Numbered from the stretch's first letter, positions 9,504 through 19,419 are shown. The stretch is 64,000 nucleotides of DNA from Candidatus Binatia bacterium (GCA_963666515.2 OY762897.2:640001-704000), one strand, 5' to 3'. Notes: generated from the letters alone by a model not told the origin. Numbers and translations: made by a program.

Positions 9504-9519
9504 ACGGTCATTCTCCGGT

Positions 9520-10644
9520 CTACTTCTTCTGTCCCACCAGTATTTTCTTGTACTCGCTCTTCCACTTCTCCACTTGCGGCTTGACCTTCATGTAGGTCGG
9601 AATGCTGATGTAAGGCGGCGCCACGCCCCGGTCCCGTAGGTCCTTGGCGATCTTGTACATGGTGTTCCCGGGGTAGTAGCTGGTATCCGCCAGCTCCCAC
9701 TTGCGGTTGAGTGCCTGTCCTTCCGGCGTCTGCATGAACACCATGAAGAGCTTTGCCGTGGCGGGATACTTGGCCTGCTTCAGCAGCCCCATGTACGAGT
9801 GGGTGAGATTGCTGGTTTCCTCGATGTAGGCCATGCCCAGCGGCGCGCCCTTGGCTTGGCCCTTCCAGACGTTGTTGGCGCTGCACATCATGGCCAGCCC
9901 GACGAACTCGCCGCTGGCGATCCGGTTCTCGTCGCCGCAGCCGATGAGGCCGACGATGTGTCCCTTCTTGACCATCTCCGACAGCAGGCCGCGGATGCGT
10001 TTTGCTTTTTCCTCATCGAAGGTGCCCTGCTCGCTCACGCTCGCGCGATCCCACACCGCGGCGTAGGGAGTGCCGGCCAGCTTGCCCTTCCAGAAGGGAT
10101 CCAGCAGGTCCTCGAGCTTCTGCGGCACCTTGTCCTTGGGCACGAGCCGCGTGTTGTAGGCGAAGCCGCCGATGCGGGTGTGCTCGGGGATGGCCCCGCC
10201 GCCCGGGACGATGACGTCCGCGGGCAGGCGCGGATAGATATCCCGCCAGTCCTTCACCTCCGCCAGCATGTTGGCCTTGAGGAGCCGCGGGATGGTGGAC
10301 TGTGTGCCGTTGAAGACGTCTGTCGAGGGTTGCCGTCCCGCCTTGGCCTCCTTCATCAGGCGTGCCGCGAAACGGTTCTGGTTGGGAAAGTCCACGTACT
10401 CCCACTTCACGTCGACGCCGTACATCTTCTTCATCGCCGCGACGGCTTCCTTCCTCGCCCGGACATCGTCGATGATGGCGTGGGCGATGAGCGTCCCGCC
10501 CTCGGCCTTGGACGCCTTGATCAACGCGTCGAGCGCGGCGGTCCGGTCGGCCGCCATGGCCGGTCCGGAGCCGGCGACGGCGGCGAAGCAAAGCAGCGCC
10601 GCGGCGAGCAACGCTTTCCTGAATCCCTGGCGTGAGTCCTTCAT
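9520..10644 (-). CDS. ABC transporter substrate-binding protein (Fe3+/AfuA-like family)
   Basis: Signal peptide ending AMA; YNTRLVP..P..LEDLLDPFWKGKL; AKLFMVFMQTPEGQ. Confidence 0.85.
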   Translation of the reverse strand: MKDSRQGFRKALLAAALLCFAAVAGSGPAMAADRTAALDALIKASKAEGGTLIAHAIIDDVRARKEAVAAMKKMYGVDVKWEYVDFPNQNRFAARLMKEAKAGRQPSTDVFNGTQSTIPRLLKANMLAEVKDWRDIYPRLPADVIVPGGGAIPEHTRIGGFAYNTRLVPKDKVPQKLEDLLDPFWKGKLAGTPYAAVWDRASVSEQGTFDEEKAKRIRGLLSEMVKKGHIVGLIGCGDENRIASGEFVGLAMMCSANNVWKGQAKGAPLGMAYIEETSNLTHSYMGLLKQAKYPATAKLFMVFMQTPEGQALNRKWELADTSYYPGNTMYKIAKDLRDRGVAPPYISIPTYMKVKPQVEKWKSEYKKILVGQKK

Positions 10645-10736
10645 GCTCTCCTCCTTTGGTCGCGGCCGATATGTCCATCCCTGGCCAAACGGCCGCAGTC
10701 AGTTCGATGCACCGGTTCAATCTTCGAAGCATCGGT

Positions 10737-11678
10737 TCAATCCAGCACGATCGCTTGTCCACGACCCGTCCGCACGGCTTCTTCGTAGGCGTAGTTCGCC
10801 AACGCCACGTCACTGTACCCTCCCTGGGACTCCCGGAAAACCGCGATCCCGTCCTCAATCCGCGCCGGCGGTCCTTCACGAGCCACGAGATCGCCCAGTT
10901 CCACGACGTCCTCCCAGTCAATCCGCTTCTCCCGCGAGAGCCGAATGAGCGGCTGGTCGAGTCGGGTGTCATAGTAGCCCAGTTCGTGGGTCTTGCTCGA
11001 CACCACGATCAGCGCTGCCCGCAGGTAGGTCTCGTCGTCGAATTCGTTGGGGCGGCCGCAGCCGAAGACGGGCTGGCCCAGCCGCAACCACGCGCCGCGC
11101 AGGGCGGGCTCCGGGGAGTTGGTGCTCACGAGCACGATGTCCGCCTCGGCGAGTGCCTCACTCGGATCGGAGACCGCCGACACGTCGATGCCGAAATCAT
11201 TCGACGCACGGCGCGCGAAAGCTTCCCGTCGCTCCGGGCTGCGGCTGTAGACGCGCACGCGCTCGATGGGCCGCAGCCCGGTGGCCGCCTGGAGCAGGGA
11301 AGGAGCGAGGCGTCCGCTGCCGATGAGCGCGGCCGACTTGGCGTCCCGCGGGGCGAGGCGATCCAGCGCCAGACCGACGGTGGCGGCGATGCGCAACTCG
11401 CTGAAGGGGTAGTTCATGAGCGAGAGGAGCCTGCCCGAGCTCATTTCGTAGACCAGCGCCAAGGCGTCGCCGCCGGTGGGACTGAGACGGAGCCCCACCC
11501 GGTCGGGACGGTCCAGGCCGCCGGCCACCAGCCGGATACCGCGGTCCATGAGGCGCAGAGGCGGAATGGCCTTCACCTGCCCGTTTGCCTGATCGACATA
11601 GATATCTTCGAGGACCGCCATGGCGGTTTGGAGGTCCATCAGGTCCTCCACCTCGGAGCTTCTCAACAGGACCGTCAT
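10737..11678 (-). CDS. ornithine cyclodeaminase / mu-crystallin family protein
   Basis: ELRIAAT, IGSGRLA, EADIVLVST, ELGDLV, FRESQGG. Confidence 0.85.
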   Translation of the reverse strand: MTVLLRSSEVEDLMDLQTAMAVLEDIYVDQANGQVKAIPPLRLMDRGIRLVAGGLDRPDRVGLRLSPTGGDALALVYEMSSGRLLSLMNYPFSELRIAATVGLALDRLAPRDAKSAALIGSGRLAPSLLQAATGLRPIERVRVYSRSPERREAFARRASNDFGIDVSAVSDPSEALAEADIVLVSTNSPEPALRGAWLRLGQPVFGCGRPNEFDDETYLRAALIVVSSKTHELGYYDTRLDQPLIRLSREKRIDWEDVVELGDLVAREGPPARIEDGIAVFRESQGGYSDVALANYAYEEAVRTGRGQAIVLD

Positions 11679-11751
11679 GGCGCGCCGCAATCTCCTGAGC
11701 CGCCCGTCGATCCCGTGGTTTCACCGGTGTCCCGTCGCATCTACGGTTCCT

Positions 11752-12699
11752 TCACATCAGCCGCGGGCGCAGCTCCTCGAAGATCAACCGCGTTTGTTCC
11801 GCCGGGTCGTCGGACGCGATCCGAACGATCAGCGCCGTGAGCCCGGATTGCGCGTATCCCCGCAGCCGTTCCGCGCACTCGTCGGGTGTTCCGAAAATGG
11901 TCAAGTGGTACTCAAGCCTCGCCCTGGGTTGCCGGAAGAAGCCTTCCATCCAGTTCCAGCCCTCGGCGCGCGCGGCATCGCCGTCCCGGTCCATGCGCAA
12001 CGTCGCGTAGAGGGCGGACGCGGACACGGCGCCGGGCCGGCCGCAGGAGGCGGCGTATTCGTCGATCATGCGGCGGTTCTCGCTGAAATCGTCCAGGGAT
12101 GAGACCAGGGTCACCCAGCCGTCTCCGAGCCGGCCGACGCGCCTGAAGCCGGTCTCGTTCCGGTCGGCCGCGATCCAGATGGGGATCCCCGGCTGCTGCA
12201 CCGGCTTGGGCAGCACGCCGATCTCCTCGAAGCGGAAGTACTTGCCCTCGTAGGCAAAGGACTCTTCGGTCCAGAGCCGCCGCATGAGCGTGATGGTCTC
12301 GCTCAGCCGGCCTGCCTTCTCGCCGGCGGGTACGCCGCACGCCTCGAACTGGCGCTGGATGTAGTCGCGCGTCGGACCCACGCTCACGGCCAGGATCACG
12401 CGCCCCTGGGAGATGACGTCCACGGTGGCCAAGGTGTGGGCCAGGAGCACGGGGTTGCGCAGGGAGCCGAGGAAGGGCACGGCGCCGAGCCGTATGCGCT
12501 CGGTCTTGCACGCCAGGGCGGCCATGGTGGTGAGCGCATCGCCCCGGGCGCGGTTGAGGATCGTGACGCTGTCGCCCAGCCAGACGTGGTCGTATCCCGC
12601 GTCCTCGGCCTGCGCCGCCTGCGCCCAGAGCGTGTCGAAGGAGGCTGCGCCTTCGTTCCGGATGAGGTCACGCGTGTGCAGCAGCAGGCCGAATTCCAT
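11752..12699 (-). CDS. LLM-class flavin-dependent oxidoreductase
   Basis: AEDAGYDHVWLGDS, TERIRLG, RNPVLLA..ATVDVISQGR, PKPVQ, GDGW. Confidence 0.9.
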   Translation of the reverse strand: MEFGLLLHTRDLIRNEGAASFDTLWAQAAQAEDAGYDHVWLGDSVTILNRARGDALTTMAALACKTERIRLGAVPFLGSLRNPVLLAHTLATVDVISQGRVILAVSVGPTRDYIQRQFEACGVPAGEKAGRLSETITLMRRLWTEESFAYEGKYFRFEEIGVLPKPVQQPGIPIWIAADRNETGFRRVGRLGDGWVTLVSSLDDFSENRRMIDEYAASCGRPGAVSASALYATLRMDRDGDAARAEGWNWMEGFFRQPRARLEYHLTIFGTPDECAERLRGYAQSGLTALIVRIASDDPAEQTRLIFEELRPRLM

Positions 12700-12717
12700 G
12701 AGACTCGTGGCTCGCGG

Positions 12718-13917
12718 TTACGCGGACACGGTGATCAGGTCGAGCTTGCTGGACCCCAGCCGGCGGGCGCCGTCGTCGGTCACCACCACCGTGTCGCCGA
12801 TGCTCGCGTGGTCCTTGCCTTCGGCCATGCGGATGCGCGGCTTGAGGATGAACACCATGCCGGCGGCGAGCTGGATCTTCTGGAACCGCTCCACGTCGGC
12901 GTCGCCCATGAGCGCGGGTCCGTCGTCGCCCAGCCCGCGGGCGTGCATCATCGGGTGGCTCCACATGTACCTGCCGTCTCCGTGTTCCTCGACCGTCTTC
13001 ATGTACGTGTCGAACAGCGTCCCGAACGTGACCCCCGGCTTCATGGCGCCGAGGATCGCGTGGAAGCACGCGCACGAAATGTCCATCAGTTCCCGGAAGG
13101 TCGCGTCGGGCTCGCCCAGCAGCATGGGGCGCACGGCCTGCGCGGCGTAGCCGGCGTACTTGGCCTCGATCTCGTTGACGATGCGGTCGCCGCGCCGGAT
13201 GACCCGGTTGGTGGGGACGAAGGAGCTCTGGGTTTGCCCGGGTCCCGATCCCAGGAAGAAGAGCGTCGGCAGCTCGCCGCCGTTGCGCAGCATCACGTGG
13301 GCCATGTCCGCGTAGAGTTCCTTTTCGGACACGCCCTCCCGCGCCCCTTCGGTCATGGCGTCGATCATGCGCTCGATGATCTCCATGGAGCGCTCCATGC
13401 AGCCGATCTCCTCGGCGCTCTTGACGGCGCGGACCTCCTGCATAAGGCTCGTGGCGTTCACCATCTCCGCGTCGGGAAACGCCTGCCGCAGCGCCTCCAC
13501 CGTGGTATGGGCGACGATGCCGTCCGGGGTGCGGATCAGGCCCGAGAGGCCGGAGATGCCCAGGCGGCCGTTCTTGAAGCCCAGCTCCCGAAGCCGCGAC
13601 ACCGCGTCCTCGGCCCAGCGATTGCGTCCGTCCCTCACGTCCTCGACCCAGTCCTGCACCCGCTTCCACCAGTTCGCACGGTTGAACACGTACGCGGTCA
13701 GCGGCCCCTCCGCCGGAAAGACCGTGAACACCTCCGTGGCGAACCCGCCGATGCCGGTCACGTAGCGGGAGTCCGCCATGACCTGTTCCCAGCGGCTGGT
13801 GTTGGCCGGCAGCAGCAGCACGTCCAGCCACGCCTCGGCCATCTTTTCACGCACGAGCCTGTGCCGGCGGTCCCGTTCGGCACGGGAGAGGAAAGGAATC
13901 AGTTCGGTATCAGCCAT
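12718..13917 (-). CDS. M24 (Xaa-Pro peptidase/creatinase) fold protein with non-canonical metal site
   Basis: Creatinase-like N-domain, RAVKSAEEI, MHARGL, GDTVVVTDDGARRL. Confidence 0.75.
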   Translation of the reverse strand: MADTELIPFLSRAERDRRHRLVREKMAEAWLDVLLLPANTSRWEQVMADSRYVTGIGGFATEVFTVFPAEGPLTAYVFNRANWWKRVQDWVEDVRDGRNRWAEDAVSRLRELGFKNGRLGISGLSGLIRTPDGIVAHTTVEALRQAFPDAEMVNATSLMQEVRAVKSAEEIGCMERSMEIIERMIDAMTEGAREGVSEKELYADMAHVMLRNGGELPTLFFLGSGPGQTQSSFVPTNRVIRRGDRIVNEIEAKYAGYAAQAVRPMLLGEPDATFRELMDISCACFHAILGAMKPGVTFGTLFDTYMKTVEEHGDGRYMWSHPMMHARGLGDDGPALMGDADVERFQKIQLAAGMVFILKPRIRMAEGKDHASIGDTVVVTDDGARRLGSSKLDLITVSA

Positions 13918-13981
13918 GGTTTCGCTCTTTCGATTCAAGGAGGTCGGATGGAAGCGGATTATAGGTCCCTTGGAGCACCTG

Positions 13982-15073
13982 TCAACCGCGTCTCGGGTTC
14001 GCCGCCTCCCTGGCCTTGGCCTCCGCCAGAGCGGGCAGCTCCTCGAACGAAACCGCCTCCACCTCGAACGCCGTGCCTCCTCGCGGCCCGGAGGAATCCG
14101 CCTGGGGGTGCATGGGGTGGCGGAAATAGAAGACGTAGCGGAGGAAGCCCTCGCCGCCGGTGATGCGGTGGGCGATGCCCCGGGGCACGTAGCCCATCTC
14201 GCCCGGATCCAGCTCGTGCACGCCCCACTCGGTGTCGTTGGTGGCGTGGCCGCGGAACTGGAACCAGATCTCGTCGTCGTCCATGCCCCGGTGGAAGCCG
14301 TTCTGCTGTCCGATGGTGTTGTAGGTGTCCGTGCGGAAGTCCTCGCTCTCGTACTGTTGCGGTCCCGGCCCGCCGCCCTTGCCGGTCATGCCGGTGAAGT
14401 AGTCGAACACGCGCATCACCGTGACTTCCCGGCTCTTGCCGCGCTCGAAGGTGACGCAGCCCACGAGCCCGGCGTGGTCGCGTTCGATGACGATGGGCTC
14501 CAGCGCCGGATCCCAGAAGTCCGTGACCTCGAGAATCCGGCCCGTGCGCGGCGGGATGGCGACGCTCTGCGGTTCCGTCGGCTCGCCGGCCGCGCGGGCG
14601 TGGAACTCCGTCCGCGTCAGCGGGTTCTCGGGGTCCAGGGTCGTGCGCACGGGCTTGTGCGCCTTGACTACCAGTTGCCGGCAGCCCGGCGCGCCGATCA
14701 TCCGGTACGATACGCCCGCCGGCACGTGCATCGAGTACCCGGGCGACAAATGAAACTCGCCGAACTCCGTCTCCGCGGCGCCGTTGCCGGTGAACTGGAA
14801 CACGAGCACGTCGTAGTCCGCGGGGCGGTGGAAGACGGGCTCGGGGCCGTCGAGCACATGGGCCTCGATGATGCCGTCCTGCCCCTGCCACAGCACCGGC
14901 GGCTTCACTCCCGGCCGGTTCGTGGTTCCGTTCACCAGGTCGAACGGCTTGAGGCGCGGCATGGGGCGGCCGCCGCTCCGTTGCGTGCCGATCAACTCGT
15001 CCTCGTCCCGCTTGAACCAGATGGGCCGGGGCGAGTCCCAGTGCGTCATGAATTCGAAGAACTGCTTGCCCAT
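13982..15073 (-). CDS. homogentisate 1,2-dioxygenase-like bicupin
   Basis: FHRPADYDVLVFQFTG..ETEFG and FHRGMDDDEIWFQFRG..PRGIAH; paralogue of 4723-5856 (shared FMTxW, KPFD/RPFD, FDxFT). Confidence 0.7.
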   Translation of the reverse strand: MGKQFFEFMTHWDSPRPIWFKRDEDELIGTQRSGGRPMPRLKPFDLVNGTTNRPGVKPPVLWQGQDGIIEAHVLDGPEPVFHRPADYDVLVFQFTGNGAAETEFGEFHLSPGYSMHVPAGVSYRMIGAPGCRQLVVKAHKPVRTTLDPENPLTRTEFHARAAGEPTEPQSVAIPPRTGRILEVTDFWDPALEPIVIERDHAGLVGCVTFERGKSREVTVMRVFDYFTGMTGKGGGPGPQQYESEDFRTDTYNTIGQQNGFHRGMDDDEIWFQFRGHATNDTEWGVHELDPGEMGYVPRGIAHRITGGEGFLRYVFYFRHPMHPQADSSGPRGGTAFEVEAVSFEELPALAEAKAREAANPRRG

Positions 15074-15195
15074 AGTCGAGATGCTCCTTTTCGAGGGACG
15101 CCCACCACTATCAACAACCGTTGCAGGGCGTCAACTGGCGCCCGTTCTGCGGGCACGTGTTGTGAGGCGTCCGTCCCTGGTGTATGTGCACGGCT

Positions 15196-16152
15196 ATGGC
15201 CAACCTGCGCTTGACGCTCTCGTGCGGCGACTACGACCGCACCCGCTTCCTCATCGAGGGCAAGGTGGCCACGCCCGGGCTCGACCTCGAGGTGATCCCC
15301 CTCGCTTCTCCCGAACGCCATGCCCGCTTCACGCGCAGTCTCGAGTTCGACGCATGTGAGCTTCAGATGGGCGTCTTCCTGGGCTGGAAGAGCCGCAGCG
15401 TGCCGGTGACGGCCATCCCCGTGTTTCCCCACGTGAAGTTCTGTCACGGCGCGGTGGTGGTGCACTCCGAGGCCGGCATCGAACGACCCGAGGACCTGCG
15501 CGGCAAGCGCATCGGGCTCCAGGCCCACTTCAATCCCATCGCCGTGTGGATGCGCGGCGTCCTCAAGCACGAGCACGGCGTTGCCCCCGGCGAGATGCGG
15601 TGGATCACCAATTCCAAGGAGCAGGTGTCGCCCTGGGAGCCGCCGGAATGGCTGCACGTCGAGCAGGCGCCGGCTGGCCGCCGCGTCACGGAGATGCTGG
15701 AGGCGGGCGAGATCGACGCCTACATGCTGCCCACCATCGGGTCGGCGTTCCGCGCCGGCAAGAGCGTCGGCCGCCGGCTCTGGCCCGACTACCGGGAAGT
15801 GGAGGCCGACTACTACCGGCGTACGGGAATCTATCCTCTGCGCCACACCGTGGTCGTCAAGGACGAGATCCTGGAGCGGAATCCCTGGGTGGCCGAAACC
15901 TTGCTGCAGGCTTTCGAGGAAGCGAAGGTCCGCGGCCTCGAATACATGCGCGACCCCCGGCGTTCCTACCTGGCGTGGTACGGCGAAGCCATCGAAGCAG
16001 ACGAGAAGGTGCTGGGACGGGACCCGTTCCCGTACTCGGTGGAAGCGCAACGCCACGCCCTGGACACCATGCTGCTCTACGCGTCGGAGCAGGCCGTGAC
16101 CACCCGCCGGTTGAGCGTAGACGAGTTGTTCGCGCCCTCAACCCTGCGTTGA
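15196..16152 (+). CDS. 4,5-dihydroxyphthalate decarboxylase (PhtD/OphC)-like protein
   Basis: LTLSCGDYDRT, AIPVFP, DLRGKRIG, WMRGVL, YYRRTGIYPLRH, DPFPY; no signal peptide. Confidence 0.75.
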   Translation: MANLRLTLSCGDYDRTRFLIEGKVATPGLDLEVIPLASPERHARFTRSLEFDACELQMGVFLGWKSRSVPVTAIPVFPHVKFCHGAVVVHSEAGIERPEDLRGKRIGLQAHFNPIAVWMRGVLKHEHGVAPGEMRWITNSKEQVSPWEPPEWLHVEQAPAGRRVTEMLEAGEIDAYMLPTIGSAFRAGKSVGRRLWPDYREVEADYYRRTGIYPLRHTVVVKDEILERNPWVAETLLQAFEEAKVRGLEYMRDPRRSYLAWYGEAIEADEKVLGRDPFPYSVEAQRHALDTMLLYASEQAVTTRRLSVDELFAPSTLR

Positions 16153-17214
16153 CTGGGGAAAGAACTTGAGGCGCTCCTTCGGCAGGGTGACGTAGACCTT
16201 GTCGCTGACGGGCGCCTTGTCCATGGTCTTCACCTGCAGCAGCGTGCCGGATACGCGCACCTCATGGACGAACAGGTCGCCGAGGTAGGTGCGCGACACC
16301 AGCTCCCCGGCGAACTCGTTGTCCCGGCCGGTGGGGGCAGGGCTCATCTCCAGATCCTCCGGGCGGATTCCCAGGGTTCCGGTGAGCCCCGGCCGGTCCG
16401 TGTGCGGGGTCTTGAGCGTGCCCAACCGCGTCTCCACCGCGCCCTCGGCCCTGGTCTCGCCGTCCAGCCAGTTGATGGAGCCGAAGAACTCGGCCACCAC
16501 CCGGTTGGCCGGTCCCTCGTAGAGTTCCTCGGGACTGCCCACGGAAACGATGGCGCCCAGGCTCATGACCGCGATGCGGTCCGCCACCACCATGGCCTCC
16601 ACCTGATCGTGGGTCACGTATAGCACCGTGATGTTGAGCCGCTTGGCGAGTTCGCGGATCTGCACCCGCATCTCCTCCCGCAGGCGCGCGTCGAGGTTGC
16701 TCAAGGGCTCGTCCATGAGCAGCAGCTTGGGGTTCACGGCCAGGGCGCGCGCCAGCGCCACCCGCTGTTGCTGGCCGCCGCTCAGGAGCGGCGACGGCCG
16801 CTCCGCGTAGTCCTCCAGTTGCACCAGCTTCAGGGACTCGTGGACGCGCTCCCGCACCAGGGACTTGTCGATCTTCTTGCGCCCGCGAGTAAGCGGCAAC
16901 GCGACGTTCTGGAAGACGGTCATGTGGGGCCAGATGGCGTAGGACTGGAAGACCATGCCGATCTTGCGGTCCTCGGGGGGTGCGGAGATTCCCTGGTCTC
17001 CGGAAAAGACCGTGGCGCCGTCGATCTCGATCTCTCCGGCGTCCGGCGTTTCCAGCCCGGCCACGCAACGCAACAGCGTCGTCTTGCCCGAGCCGCTGGG
17101 TCCCAGCAGCACGAAGAACTCGCCCTCCTCGACACCTTGCGTCACGCCGCCGAGGGCGGCCACCTCGTTGCCGCCGACCCTGAAGATCTTTCGCAGTTCC
17201 CTGACCTGGAGCAT
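16138..17214 (-). CDS. ABC transporter ATP-binding protein (PotA/FbpC type, TOBE domain)
   Basis: Walker A GPSGSGKTT, LSGGQQQR, LLMDEP, YVTHD. Confidence 0.95.
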   Translation of the reverse strand: MLQVRELRKIFRVGGNEVAALGGVTQGVEEGEFFVLLGPSGSGKTTLLRCVAGLETPDAGEIEIDGATVFSGDQGISAPPEDRKIGMVFQSYAIWPHMTVFQNVALPLTRGRKKIDKSLVRERVHESLKLVQLEDYAERPSPLLSGGQQQRVALARALAVNPKLLLMDEPLSNLDARLREEMRVQIRELAKRLNITVLYVTHDQVEAMVVADRIAVMSLGAIVSVGSPEELYEGPANRVVAEFFGSINWLDGETRAEGAVETRLGTLKTPHTDRPGLTGTLGIRPEDLEMSPAPTGRDNEFAGELVSRTYLGDLFVHEVRVSGTLLQVKTMDKAPVSDKVYVTLPKERLKFFPQSTQG

Positions 17215-17238
17215 GAGGACCTCCGGAAGGGCAGCCGC

Positions 17239-18072
17239 CTATCCGATGGGATGACGCGCCAGGAAATCCTCCAGCGCGTCGATGGCGCCGGTGCCGTCCC
17301 AGAAGGTCATGTGGCGCACTCGCGGTATGAGAGCCAGCTCCGCTCCGGGGATCGCCTGTCCCAGGCGCCGGGCCGTGTCCACTGGCGTGCTGCCTTGCCG
17401 TTCCACCTTGTCGTCCTCGCCGCACAGCACCAGCGCGGGCACCCGCACCTGTGGCGCCATGTCCAGCGAGTCCCAGGTGAGGCGTGCGCGCTCGTGGCGG
17501 CGGAACATCTCCACGGTGGACTGGCCGGACCACAAGGCATCGGCGAGCGCGGCGGCGGCCGCGCGGTTGGCGTGGTAGAAGGTCGGGTTGAACGCCATCC
17601 CGTCGTTGTCCACGTGCGACTTGATGTACTGCTCGAACCCCATTTCCCGAATCTGGGCGTGGGTTCCCGGGGACACTTCCCGCGGCGCGCCGACCAGGTT
17701 GCGAGAGCCCGGGCCGGTGGCCGTCATGGTCAGCGTGGCCACCAGGTCCGGGCGGGCGATGGCCAGGGCCTGGAGGATCTGGCCGCCGATGGCGAACCCG
17801 ACCACGTGGCAGCGCGTGATGCCGAGATGCGCCAGCAACGCCGCGCAGTCCTCGGCGAACTGGCTCACGGTGTAGCCGTCCTCGGGGCCGCTGCTGCGGC
17901 CGGTGCCGCGGCAGTCCATGATGACGGTCTCCCAGCGCCGGCTCAGGGCCGGCACCACCTGGAGCTTCCAGGGATCCAGCGGCCACCACGATGCGGGGAC
18001 CAGCAGCACCGGCTCCCCCGCGCCCTCCCTCTCGTAGTAGATGTCCACTCCATCCAGCTTCGCTATGGGCAT
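17239..18072 (-). CDS. alpha/beta-hydrolase fold protein lacking the nucleophile Ser
   Basis: DCRGTGRS, elbow VGFAIGG, LCGEDD, RHM. Confidence 0.85.
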   Translation of the reverse strand: MPIAKLDGVDIYYEREGAGEPVLLVPASWWPLDPWKLQVVPALSRRWETVIMDCRGTGRSSGPEDGYTVSQFAEDCAALLAHLGITRCHVVGFAIGGQILQALAIARPDLVATLTMTATGPGSRNLVGAPREVSPGTHAQIREMGFEQYIKSHVDNDGMAFNPTFYHANRAAAAALADALWSGQSTVEMFRRHERARLTWDSLDMAPQVRVPALVLCGEDDKVERQGSTPVDTARRLGQAIPGAELALIPRVRHMTFWDGTGAIDALEDFLARHPIG

Positions 18073-18144
18073 TTCAATCTCCGGTTGTTCATTGGCCCGA
18101 TGGGCGGGACGCGTCCTCGGTAAAGAATTACATGTGACACTACA

Positions 18145-19419
18145 CTAGTCCGCGCGTGAACCGCCACCCCCCTCATCGGAGCGCAGCAACTCAAGGATCT
18201 CCCGGCGCGGAAACCCGTCCACGCGGCGCCGCATTTTCGCCTGATAATCCCGAATAGCGGCGCGTGTCCTGGGGCCGACGATGCCGTCGATCTCGCCGAT
18301 GTCGTATCCTCTCGCGGCCAGCAGGCGCTGTAGCTCCTTGCGTTCCGGTTCGGCCATGGGGCGGATGCCGCCGGGCCAGACAAGGGCGGGTTCCTCGCCT
18401 CGCAACCGGTCGGAAAGGCGTCCGACCGCCAGCGCGTACTTGTGCGCGGGGTTGTAGCGCATGATCGCGCGGAAGTTCCGGCGCAGGAGGAAGGCCGGCC
18501 CCTTGGGTCCCGCCGGAAGGTCGAGGTAGGCGCGCTCCTCCGGATGCGGCAGTGCCTCGCCTTCGACGCCCCGAAGGCCCATCCGCTCCCATGCACGGAC
18601 GGTTCTTTCGCCTTTGCGGCCGGCGAGCCCGGTGTCGAACCCTTCCGGAACGATGACCCGGTGGCCCCACGGCCTGCCCGGGAGCCAGCCGTTCTTGCGC
18701 AGATAGTTGGCCGCGGACGCCAGCGCATCCTCGGGGCTGTCCCAGATGTCGCGCCGCCCGTCGCCGGTGTAGTCCACCGCGTAGGCCGCGTAGCTGGTGG
18801 GAATGAACTGCGTGTGGCCCATGGCTCCGGCCCAGGAGCCGGTCATGCGCTCCACGGTGATGTCGCCGGCCTTGAGGATATCGAGGGCGGCCAGCAACTG
18901 GTTGCGTCCGAACTTCGCCCGGCGTCCCTTGTAGGCCAAGGTGGAGAGAGAGCGGATGACGTTGCGCGTGCCGCGCAGCTTGCCATACAGCGTCTCCATG
19001 CCCCAGATGGCCGCCAGCACGTGGCGGTCCACGCCGTACCGCCGCTCGATGGCTTCCAGGTCAGCGGCGTGCTCGGACAGCTTGCCGCGCCCCTGCCGTA
19101 CGCGCGTATCGGTGATCACCAGCGCCATGTAGTGGGAGACCGGCAGCACGAACTCGGGCTGGCGGTTGTTTCGCTCGATGACCTCGGGGTCGGGGGTGAG
19201 GCCGCGAAACGCGCGGTCGTAGAGCGCTTCCGGAATGCCGCGCCGCAACGCCACCGCGCGGAACTCCCGCACGAAGGACTGATAGGCGGCCTGGTCGGAC
19301 GTGAGTGGCCGGGCGGGGGAAGTGGACGGCGCACCGAAAGCGGCCACGATCGCCGAAGCGAGGATCGCCAGGACCGGACCTCGGCGGCGAAAGCACTTCA
19401 CGGTCGTACGCCGTTTCAT
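18145..19419 (-). CDS. lytic murein transglycosylase (MltB/SLT_2 family) with C-terminal peptidoglycan-binding domain
   Basis: AIWGMET, GSWAGAMGHTQFIPTSY, DGRRDIW, RYN..YAL, DGIVGPRTRAAI; signal peptide. Confidence 0.9.
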   Translation of the reverse strand: MKRRTTVKCFRRRGPVLAILASAIVAAFGAPSTSPARPLTSDQAAYQSFVREFRAVALRRGIPEALYDRAFRGLTPDPEVIERNNRQPEFVLPVSHYMALVITDTRVRQGRGKLSEHAADLEAIERRYGVDRHVLAAIWGMETLYGKLRGTRNVIRSLSTLAYKGRRAKFGRNQLLAALDILKAGDITVERMTGSWAGAMGHTQFIPTSYAAYAVDYTGDGRRDIWDSPEDALASAANYLRKNGWLPGRPWGHRVIVPEGFDTGLAGRKGERTVRAWERMGLRGVEGEALPHPEERAYLDLPAGPKGPAFLLRRNFRAIMRYNPAHKYALAVGRLSDRLRGEEPALVWPGGIRPMAEPERKELQRLLAARGYDIGEIDGIVGPRTRAAIRDYQAKMRRRVDGFPRREILELLRSDEGGGGSRAD

